A stretch of DNA of 62,525 bases from an uncultured Candidatus Saccharibacteria bacterium (GTDB lineage: Bacteria > Patescibacteriota > Minisyncoccia > Phycocordibacterales > PALSA-1337): NCBI GenBank assembly GCA_964481175.1, contig CAYZSZ010000002.1, positions 1 to 62,525 on the forward strand. Reading direction: 5' to 3'. Below the pieces are notes generated by a model. That model ran no database searches. It was not told where the DNA came from and was given only the letters and a program-made list of their open reading frames with translations. Both the position numbers and the translations under genes were made by a program. This document shows positions 19,670 to 27,468 of the stretch, one piece after another (within the stretch, counting starts at the first letter, position 1; each line of letters starts with the position of its first letter).

Positions 19670-20127
19670 GTAAACAAAAATGGGTAGCTTTCTATGCAGC
19701 AGTAATATTTATAGACATACTCCAAGTACTCCTGGATCTTCTTGCGATTGGAGTCATTATTAACCGAGGGATCGACATTGTGGTCTTCTTTCTACTTCCA
19801 TTTTCACTACATTTAGCTGGTGTTAATATGACAGATCCGAAAAAAATAGCGAGCATGCTGGGCGCTGGTACCCTCGAAATGCTTCCTGGACTAGACGCAC
19901 TTCCTCTCTGGACACTAGATCTTGTGGTTATCCATGCATTCTCCAAAGGAAAGGAGGTTTTTGAAAAAGTTGCCCCAACTACCGCAAAGCATATGTTAAA
20001 GATAAAATCATCAGCTGAAAGAATACGCAAACCTTTAAACAAAGATGGGGTGCGTCTCCCACAAAAAGACACAGGTGATGAGGAAATCGCTGCTGATTAT
20101 TCAGAAATAAGTCGTGATACAATATAG
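19666..20127 (+). CDS. small multi-pass membrane protein (T4SS-like operon)
   Basis: 153 aa with 3 predicted TM helices. ATGA overlap with the VirB4-like gene. Confidence 0.55.
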   Translation: MSKQKWVAFYAAVIFIDILQVLLDLLAIGVIINRGIDIVVFFLLPFSLHLAGVNMTDPKKIASMLGAGTLEMLPGLDALPLWTLDLVVIHAFSKGKEVFEKVAPTTAKHMLKIKSSAERIRKPLNKDGVRLPQKDTGDEEIAADYSEISRDTI

Positions 20128-20132
20128 GGACG

Positions 20133-21113
20133 ATGCAACGTCTTTATTTTGTACTTTTTTTACTTTTTTTCATACCAATATCTGCCTTTGGACAGGTTCC
20201 AACGGCTATAGATAGCATTGAAATAAATATGAGCCCTGAGAGTCCTGCGCCTGGTCAACAAGTAACTATAAAGGTCGCAAGTTACTCTCTGGATCTTACA
20301 CGTTCATCGATCGTCTGGCTTATCGATGGCAAACAAGCTCAGTCGGGAACTGGGTTAGATACATTTACCATAAACGCCCCAACAAATGGCAAAAGTACTA
20401 CCGTGGGCATAGCGATTCGTACTGCAGCTGGTAGAGACCTACGCAGAAACGTAGTCATCCGCCCTGGTGATGTAAGTATTGCCTGGGAAGCAATAGGCTA
20501 TACACCTCCTCTTTTCAAAGGGAAGGGTCTACCTTCATACCAAGGATCGATCCATTTTGTGGCTGTTCCGGAACTATACAAAAACGGCACTCGCATCAAC
20601 CCACAAGATCTTATTTATACTTGGAAAAAGGGATCGACGGTGCTGGGAAGCAATTCTGGATACGGCAAACAAGATGTTGTCATAGCAGGCAACGTAGTGC
20701 CAGAGCCTATGACCGTACGCGTTGATGTGCAATCAAGAGACGGACTTACAAGAGGCGCAGGCACTGTTGTAGTTGATTTTTATGACCCAGAAGTTCAATT
20801 TTATAAAGAAGATCCGTTGTATGGAGTGCTCTACAATAGAGCGCTCATAGACCAGGAGCCACTAACAAACAACGAATTCAAGGTAACCGCCGCCCCTTAT
20901 AATTTTAGCGATGTTGGGAGCTACAATTGGAGCATCAATGGCGATATTCAGCCAGATTTAAATACTCAAAAGAGTATCACTTTTAGAAACAACGGCAACG
21001 TAAGCGGACAAACATTGATCGGCCTTGAAATACGCAGTGCACGAAACATACTCCAGTCCGCAAAACGAGATTTTACGGTATACTTTAGTAAACGAACAAG
21101 CGAACAAGAATGA
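20133..21113 (+). CDS. secreted hypothetical protein (T4SS-like operon)
   Basis: 326 aa. Signal peptide MQRLYFVLFLLFFIPISAFG. The composition is beta-rich. Confidence 0.55.
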   Translation: MQRLYFVLFLLFFIPISAFGQVPTAIDSIEINMSPESPAPGQQVTIKVASYSLDLTRSSIVWLIDGKQAQSGTGLDTFTINAPTNGKSTTVGIAIRTAAGRDLRRNVVIRPGDVSIAWEAIGYTPPLFKGKGLPSYQGSIHFVAVPELYKNGTRINPQDLIYTWKKGSTVLGSNSGYGKQDVVIAGNVVPEPMTVRVDVQSRDGLTRGAGTVVVDFYDPEVQFYKEDPLYGVLYNRALIDQEPLTNNEFKVTAAPYNFSDVGSYNWSINGDIQPDLNTQKSITFRNNGNVSGQTLIGLEIRSARNILQSAKRDFTVYFSKRTSEQE

Positions 21114-22222
21114 AGAAAATAATCTTATCACTATTCATATTCCTTCCGCTCTTCTCATTTGCAGCCTCATCACACTACGTACTACTAGAGCCTTTACCGT
21201 GTATCCAGAACACAGGGCAAGGAGATAGTGACACAGCTTGTGCTGAAGGCACCATGATCAAAGAAATAAAAGCTGAGACGTATATCGCTTATATATACAA
21301 CTTCTCAATCGCTTTTGCTGCTGTTGCTGCTGTCGTGGTGATCATATATGCAGGCTTTGAATATGCATTGAGCGACATCGTCACAAAAAAGAGTGACGCA
21401 AAGGCACGTATCGGCAACGCTATCTGGGGACTTATCACAATTATCTCTTCATATTTTATTCTTGAAACAATCGACCCCAGACTAGTAAATATCGACACTC
21501 AACTACCACCAATCAAAATAACTGGTGTACGTTTCAACTACGAAGGGCTATTACAAACTGCGGACGAAAGAATAAATAAGGATTTGAGCGATGCACTTGA
21601 AAGCGTAAAACCGTTGGAAGCAGAAGCAAAGATCTTGAGAGCTGAAGCGGCAGAGTACAGAAAACAAGCTGCGGCAGCTATTTCTGACCCAGAAAAATCT
21701 GGCGCACTCCAAGTAAAAGCCGCTAGAGCAGAGCAAAATGCAATAGAGCTTGAAAGGGAAGCAAAAAGACTGACCTCAGACGCGACTCTAAAAGCTGGAT
21801 TTGATAAGGTTGATGCGGCTATAGATTCGATCTCGGGCGGAACAATCACACAACGAGAACAAGAAGAAATCGATCTCCGAAAGCAAGAGTTGATCAACGT
21901 CAACAATAGAAACATCGAAACGGTTAAGAAGGCGGGTGATATTGAGGGTGTTAAAATTCTTGAAAACAAGCAAGAATTTTATCTCGAGCAACTCGATCAA
22001 AACCTTTATTTTGAAAGAAGCTTAAAAGCAGCGCAAGAAACGGTTTTGGAATACAATACTGTGGAAGGCGCTCGAGACTCAGCTACTATCAAATCATTGA
22101 TTGAGGACGTAAAAAAGTACAATACCGAAAGAAATTTCTTATCAGCTGAAGAAAACGCGATACTAGCGGCTGAAAAAGCAAACGTAGTAAAGAAGCTTGA
22201 AGACCTAATCAAGCCACAATAA
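21110..22222 (+). CDS. TrbC/VirB2-type T4SS pilin-like domain fused to long coiled-coil
   Basis: 370 aa. It has a signal peptide, LLEPLPC..C, and two TM helices (..AVVVIIYAGFEYA.. and ..NAIWGLITIISSYFILE..). About 230 aa of A/E/K-rich helical sequence follows. Confidence 0.6.
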   Translation: MKKIILSLFIFLPLFSFAASSHYVLLEPLPCIQNTGQGDSDTACAEGTMIKEIKAETYIAYIYNFSIAFAAVAAVVVIIYAGFEYALSDIVTKKSDAKARIGNAIWGLITIISSYFILETIDPRLVNIDTQLPPIKITGVRFNYEGLLQTADERINKDLSDALESVKPLEAEAKILRAEAAEYRKQAAAAISDPEKSGALQVKAARAEQNAIELEREAKRLTSDATLKAGFDKVDAAIDSISGGTITQREQEEIDLRKQELINVNNRNIETVKKAGDIEGVKILENKQEFYLEQLDQNLYFERSLKAAQETVLEYNTVEGARDSATIKSLIEDVKKYNTERNFLSAEENAILAAEKANVVKKLEDLIKPQ

Positions 22223-23448
22223 TGTCACGAACCACCACCTTCATCCTCACACTTGTTGTCATAGTCCTCCTTCTTGTCGGAGCGTGGTGGTATTTCTTTT
22301 TCGAAAAGGGGACTAATGGTGGTGCAAACAATCAAAACAACGCTTCTTCTACCCGCCCCGGCTTTTCTCCTTTAAATCCGAGCACTCCGGTACCACAAAC
22401 CAATTCAGATCCTGCAACGAGCACATCGACCGGAACTGTGTCTGAGCCATCTACAGCAACCCTTCCAAAGATCCGCAAATTGTATGCCACACCAGTAGCT
22501 ACCGGTATCGTCGGCTCATCGACTGCAAGCAGCACCTCGGTTTTCTTTGTCGATCGTGGAACTGGTCATGTATATAACGCAGAAATTGCCACACAAAACC
22601 CAACAAAGCTTTCAAACACAACTATTCTGCGTGTATATGAGAGTCTTTTTGATGTAAATGGAAAAAATGTCCTGATGAGATACATCAAAGAAGGAACAGA
22701 GATCGTTACAACGATGTATGCGCCAGTCAAAGAAGAGATACGGGCAAAGTTTCTTTCAAACAACATTAGCTCTATTGCAATATCTCCAAAAGGAGACAGG
22801 ATATTTACTCTAGAAAAAACTGCGGCAGGCTCTATCGGCTATATTTCAAAACTCGATGGCACTACAAAAGCAGAGATCTTTAATTCTCCTCTCAAAGAGT
22901 GGGTTGCAACCTGGCCAGAGGAGGGAACAATCACACTTACCACAAAAGCAAATCGCCTCAGCCCTGGTTATCTTTTCTTTTTGAATACAAAAACAGGAGG
23001 TCTCACAAAGATTCTTGGGCCGATAAATGGTCTCACCACAAATACCAGCAGAGACGCTAAAAAAGTTCTATACAGCACCTCTGTGGCAGGCAGAGTGGAG
23101 AACAGAGTTCTCACTGTCGCAGATGGATCAAATCAAAATACACTCTTCCAGACCCTGCCTGAAAAATGTATCTGGGGCAATATAAAAAAGACTAGCCTAT
23201 ACTGTGCGGTGGCCACTGAGCCTCTCAAAAATCTGCCTGATGACTGGTACAAAGGCCTAACGAAGGGAGTGGATCAAATATGGCACCTAGATACTGTCAC
23301 GAACGATGTATATAAAGTCTCAAATCTATTCAGCGAAACTGGAGTCCCTATCGACGCAATAGACCTGACCCTCGATCCAAAAGAGCAAGGACTATTCTTT
23401 ATAAACTACAACGATCTCAGTCTCTGGTCTATTGATTTGGCAAATTAA
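22222..23448 (+). CDS. membrane-anchored hypothetical protein (last gene of T4SS-like operon)
   Basis: 408 aa. N-terminal TM helix, an S/T/P-rich linker and a beta-rich body. One-nt TAATG overlap with the upstream gene. Confidence 0.55.
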   Translation: MSRTTTFILTLVVIVLLLVGAWWYFFFEKGTNGGANNQNNASSTRPGFSPLNPSTPVPQTNSDPATSTSTGTVSEPSTATLPKIRKLYATPVATGIVGSSTASSTSVFFVDRGTGHVYNAEIATQNPTKLSNTTILRVYESLFDVNGKNVLMRYIKEGTEIVTTMYAPVKEEIRAKFLSNNISSIAISPKGDRIFTLEKTAAGSIGYISKLDGTTKAEIFNSPLKEWVATWPEEGTITLTTKANRLSPGYLFFLNTKTGGLTKILGPINGLTTNTSRDAKKVLYSTSVAGRVENRVLTVADGSNQNTLFQTLPEKCIWGNIKKTSLYCAVATEPLKNLPDDWYKGLTKGVDQIWHLDTVTNDVYKVSNLFSETGVPIDAIDLTLDPKEQGLFFINYNDLSLWSIDLAN

Positions 23449-24145
23449 GAATCTTTCTCTTTACGTAGATTTCCTGACCCAATGTAAACAAGCTGCTAAC
23501 TGTCCAATAGAGTGCAATTACTCCAGATGTTGTGTATGAAATGATCAACACCATAACAGGGAATATATATTTCATCTGAACTGACATACTTCGAGCAAAA
23601 TCCTCTTGAAATGAAGCGTCTTCTTTCTTTTCTGGAGTCTTTCCTACCGCGTATTTAATCTGAAAGAACTGAGCTACGGCCGCGAATATAGCGAGGACTA
23701 TATTTCTGCCTGCAATGTCAAAATATCCAAACAAATGCATGCTAATTATAGGAACCTTTATAAATGAGTATAAGAGACCGGTGTTTACTGAGGGTAGTCC
23801 AGATCGAACAAATATAGAGTATAGAGCAAAAAGAATCGGCAACTGGATCAGAATGAGCAAAATGCTTGAAAAAGGGTTTACTTGTTTCTTTTTATACAGC
23901 TCAAAGGTGGCAACAGAGAGCGCTTGTTTATCGTCTTTAAACTTTTTTTGAAGCGCTTCTAGCTCTGGCTGGACTTCTTTCATACGAGCTTGGGTGATAA
24001 TGGCCTTTTTTGAAAGAGGAAATAGTGCGAGCTTTACAATACAGGTAAACAAAATCACAGCGATACCAGCATCGATCCAAGGAAGAAAATCAAAAAGGAA
24101 TATTAAGCCGTTATATAAAGGTCTGAAGATATATTCGTGGTACAT
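23429..24145 (-). CDS. yidC: membrane protein insertase YidC/Oxa1 (short form)
   Basis: 238 aa. FPLSKKAIITQARMKEVQPE..Q..NPFSS fits YidC. The position downstream of rnpA is the conserved one. Confidence 0.85.
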   Translation of the reverse strand: MYHEYIFRPLYNGLIFLFDFLPWIDAGIAVILFTCIVKLALFPLSKKAIITQARMKEVQPELEALQKKFKDDKQALSVATFELYKKKQVNPFSSILLILIQLPILFALYSIFVRSGLPSVNTGLLYSFIKVPIISMHLFGYFDIAGRNIVLAIFAAVAQFFQIKYAVGKTPEKKEDASFQEDFARSMSVQMKYIFPVMVLIISYTTSGVIALYWTVSSLFTLGQEIYVKRKILNLPNQ

Positions 24146-24150
24146 AAGGA

Positions 24151-24471
24151 CTATTGTAGCGAAGCTTTAGCCAATAGGGAAGCGACCTCGTCTGTTAGCG
24201 TTTTGAAAGAAACTTGTTCTAGGTCATTTTTAGCAAAGATAATTCCTTGAATTCCTTTGACCGGAACAATCACTGAATACACTCGTCTTCGTGCTCGATT
24301 ACGAATCACTGCCTTTTTACTAACTTTTTTAGGTGTAGACACAGAAAACCGGCCAGTTGAATCGCCGGTTTTTCTATATTTCAACCAAACATTTTCTGAA
24401 TGCAATGATCTTCCTGATTGCATCACCTCAGAAAACAGGTCTTTTGAGAGCCTGGTTGAGCGCTTTAACAT
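24151..24471 (-). CDS. rnpA: ribonuclease P protein component
   Basis: 106 aa basic protein with ..KKAVIRNRARRR.. . It sits between rpmH and yidC in the conserved order. Confidence 0.8.
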   Translation of the reverse strand: MLKRSTRLSKDLFSEVMQSGRSLHSENVWLKYRKTGDSTGRFSVSTPKKVSKKAVIRNRARRRVYSVIVPVKGIQGIIFAKNDLEQVSFKTLTDEVASLLAKASLQ

Positions 24472-24472
24472 A

Positions 24473-24607
24473 CTAGACAGATAGCTTCTTGCGGCCTTTT
24501 TGTCGGCGTCGCTGAAGAACCTTCTTTCCGTTCTTTGATTTGTTTCTTACGAGAAAGCCGTGTGTTCGTGCGCGCTTTCGTCTCTTAGGGCTATATGTTG
24601 TTGACAT
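24473..24607 (-). CDS. rpmH: 50S ribosomal protein L34 (below ORF-track length cutoff)
   Basis: Hand translation gives [44 protein letters not shown] (44 aa). The stop lies 1 nt before the rnpA start. Confidence 0.9.
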   Translation of the reverse strand: MSTTYSPKRRKRARTHGFLVRNKSKNGKKVLQRRRQKGRKKLSV

Positions 24608-24713
24608 AGTTGTACCACTATATATCATTATCCCCAATTAATCAACAGCTTTTCAACAAAATTTATCGATTTGCACAAGTAGCGGCATTTATAAACAGGT
24701 ATATAATTTGCTT
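24608..24713. promoter_or_regulatory. rpmH-dnaA divergent spacer with DnaA-box-like site (origin-proximal)
   Basis: The spacer is AT-rich. TTATCCCCA at 24628-24636 has one mismatch to TTATCCACA. Confidence 0.35.
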
Positions 24714-26051
24714 ATGATCGATATAAATAATCTATGGCAGTCAGTCCTAAACGAAATCCAGTTAGAAGTATCGAAGAGCAATTTCATAATGTGGTTCAAA
24801 GACACCTCACTAGGGAAGATAGACGACGGCGTAGTTTACCTCCATGTTCCTAGCGCTTTCTACCAAGAATGGCTACAAAAGAAGTTCCACAACAACATTC
24901 TACGAGTTTTGAGAAAATACAACGAACAAGTTCGAGCTTTGGAGTATGTAATCTCTGACAAAAAGGATAAAAAGAAGGTAGAGGCAAAGCAAACCCCACA
25001 AGTAAACGCTAGTTTTCCTCTTCAAGACCTCTATATCAACAAAAATGACAATCTAAACCCAAAATACACCTTCGAAAACTTTGTAGTAGGCCCTTACAAC
25101 GAGCTTGCACACGCAGCCTCTCAAGCTGTCATACAGCGCCCGGGCCAGGCTTATAACCCATTCTTTATATATGGAGACACAGGGAGGGGAAAAACACACC
25201 TAATCCAAGCAATAGGGAACTTTATCAAAGAAGCGTACCCAGAAAAGAAAGTTTACTATATGACTTCAGAAAAGTTTGGATCTGAGTGCCTCGTTGCCCT
25301 CCAAACAGGGAAGACTCAAGACTTCAAAGAGCGCTACCGCAAATACGACGTGATTATTATGGACGATATCCAGTTCTTTTCGAGCAAAGAAAAGTTTCAA
25401 GAAGAGCTTTTTCACCTATTTAATACTCTTTTAGAACAAAACAAGCAGTTTGTTTTCTCATCAGACAAGCACCCAAACCAGATTCCTGGTCTCGAAGATC
25501 GCCTCCGCTCACGTTTTGGAGCTGGAATGCTCATCGACCTACCTTCACCAGACCTAGAATCTCGATTGGCTATCATCAAAGCAAAAAGTCTTCTTCAAAA
25601 CCTCATTTTGGAGCCAGAGCTCATCGAATATATCGCTGAGAGCTTGGATGGAAACATCCGAGAACTAGAAGGAGTGATGAATACTATATCGATCCAGACC
25701 CAAATGAAGGGAAGACTAACAATAAACGATATAAAGGCAATCCTAAAAGACAATACGAAACCAAAAAAGAACACTTCTGTTAAGGATGTTATAAAGATTG
25801 TGGCTAACTACTACAACATCAACGAAGAGAGCATATACGACAAGACTCGAAAAAAGGAAGTTGTTAAGCCTCGCCAAGTAATCATGTTTCTCCTCCGAGA
25901 AGATTTCAACATTTCATACCCATCGATTGGGGAAAAGATGGGGGGAAGAGACCATACAACTGTGATTCATTCCTGTGAAAAAGTGAAAGACGAGTTGAAA
26001 ACTAATTCACTTTTGTCTCAGGAGATAGGTCAGTTGAGGACAATGTTATAA
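24714..26051 (+). CDS. dnaA: chromosomal replication initiator DnaA
   Basis: The motifs seen are NPKYTFENFVVG, Walker A GDTGRGKTHL, DDIQF and a C-terminal HTH (..GGRDHTTVIHS..). The ATG is at 24714. The track ORF starts at a TTG at 24708. Confidence 0.95.
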   Translation: MIDINNLWQSVLNEIQLEVSKSNFIMWFKDTSLGKIDDGVVYLHVPSAFYQEWLQKKFHNNILRVLRKYNEQVRALEYVISDKKDKKKVEAKQTPQVNASFPLQDLYINKNDNLNPKYTFENFVVGPYNELAHAASQAVIQRPGQAYNPFFIYGDTGRGKTHLIQAIGNFIKEAYPEKKVYYMTSEKFGSECLVALQTGKTQDFKERYRKYDVIIMDDIQFFSSKEKFQEELFHLFNTLLEQNKQFVFSSDKHPNQIPGLEDRLRSRFGAGMLIDLPSPDLESRLAIIKAKSLLQNLILEPELIEYIAESLDGNIRELEGVMNTISIQTQMKGRLTINDIKAILKDNTKPKKNTSVKDVIKIVANYYNINEESIYDKTRKKEVVKPRQVIMFLLREDFNISYPSIGEKMGGRDHTTVIHSCEKVKDELKTNSLLSQEIGQLRTML

Positions 26052-26149
26052 AAATGTTAATAACTTTATAACAAGACATGTTGTAAAATAAAGACAGAAT
26101 CAACTTTTCCACATATCAACAGCCTTAATAGCCCTAATTTAGAAATATT
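26052..26149. promoter_or_regulatory. dnaA-dnaN AT-rich spacer with DnaA-box-like site (candidate oriC part)
   Basis: TTTTCCACA at 26105-26113 has one mismatch to the consensus. AT-rich tracts flank it. Confidence 0.35.
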
Positions 26150-27238
26150 ATGAAAATAGAATGTATACAAGAGAGACTCATGGAAGCAGTCAGTACTGTG
26201 GAAAAGATCACAGGAAAGAACGCTTCTTTACCCATACTCTCAAGTATCGTAATTGAGGCAGATAAAAACAATCTTACTCTAAAATCAACAAATCTAGACC
26301 TAGGTATAGAGATTCTTGTGCCTGCAAAGATCGACGAGCCGGGGGCAGTAGCTGTCTCAGGCACAATACTTTCAACTTTTCTCTCTGGAGTGGCTGGTGA
26401 AAAGATAAAAATGGAGTTAAAAGACTCAAATCTAAAAATAAGTACATCAAAAAACAACACCACTATAAAAGTTCTCCCAATTGACGATTTTCCCATGATT
26501 CCTCGCGTTGAAGGGGATTCTTTCGAACTTGATGGAAAACAGTTTGTTAAAGGACTCAAGTCTGTTTGGTACAGTGCGTCTACATCAGGGGTAAAGCCAG
26601 AGCTTTCAAGTGTTTACATATATTGCGAAGAAGGATACGTTGTTTTTGCAGCAACAGACTCATTTAGACTTGCTGAAAAGAAAGTAAAGATAAAAAAAAG
26701 TAAGGATTTTGGATCCATTTTGATCCCTTTTAAAAATGTTTCTGAGATAGTAAGAGTAATAGAAAAAGCTGAAGGGGATGTAAAGGTAATCCTTTCAAAA
26801 AATCAGATTTCATGTGAATTTGAGAATGTGTACATGGTTTCTCGAGTGGTCGACGGTGTTTTTCCAGACTATCGACAGATTATTCCAAAGGAAAGTAAAA
26901 CATCAGTTGTTGTTTTGAAGCAAGATCTGATCCAGGCCCTAAAAATATCAAATATATTTTCAGACAAATTCAATCAAGTTCATATAAAAGTAAGCGATAC
27001 GGCTTTTGAAATTACCACAAAGAACAATGATATTGGAGACACTCTAAACCAAGTCGAAGCAGTCACAGAAGGGGAACCAATCGAGGTAAACTTCAATCAA
27101 AAATATATTACCGATTGTTTCCAGTCTATCGAGACAGACAGCCTTTCTTTAACCTTTAATGGCCCTAATAAGCCTGTAGTGATACGAAGTGTACCAGATA
27201 GTGCCTTTGTCTATATAGTAATGCCAATGAACCGCTAA
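26150..27238 (+). CDS. dnaN: DNA polymerase III beta sliding clamp
   Basis: 362 aa. The position immediately after dnaA and a three-domain beta-clamp-like sequence (..ATDSFRLA..) support the call. Confidence 0.9.
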   Translation: MKIECIQERLMEAVSTVEKITGKNASLPILSSIVIEADKNNLTLKSTNLDLGIEILVPAKIDEPGAVAVSGTILSTFLSGVAGEKIKMELKDSNLKISTSKNNTTIKVLPIDDFPMIPRVEGDSFELDGKQFVKGLKSVWYSASTSGVKPELSSVYIYCEEGYVVFAATDSFRLAEKKVKIKKSKDFGSILIPFKNVSEIVRVIEKAEGDVKVILSKNQISCEFENVYMVSRVVDGVFPDYRQIIPKESKTSVVVLKQDLIQALKISNIFSDKFNQVHIKVSDTAFEITTKNNDIGDTLNQVEAVTEGEPIEVNFNQKYITDCFQSIETDSLSLTFNGPNKPVVIRSVPDSAFVYIVMPMNR

Positions 27239-27468
27239 TGTTCAATATAGCTCAATTTCTAGAGAAGTTTAAAAAAATAGGATTTGATAAAGAAAGTCAA
27301 AAGAAAATCATCATTGATTCACTTCGAGAAATGAATATCCCTGTGGAAGATATAACAATAAAGAATAAAGTGGTCACTGTTCGAGCCAGCTCAATCGTAA
27401 AAAACCAAATTTTTATGAAGAAAGCAAAGATTTTAGAGAAAATCCCAGGTATTCTCGATATTATTTAA
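27238..27468 (+). CDS. DUF721/DciA-like small protein
   Basis: 76 aa. TAATG overlap with dnaN. IKNKVVTVRASSIVKNQIFMKKAKILEKI resembles the DUF721 core (..L.v.v.ss.w.qel....ll.kl). Confidence 0.45.
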   Translation: MFNIAQFLEKFKKIGFDKESQKKIIIDSLREMNIPVEDITIKNKVVTVRASSIVKNQIFMKKAKILEKIPGILDII

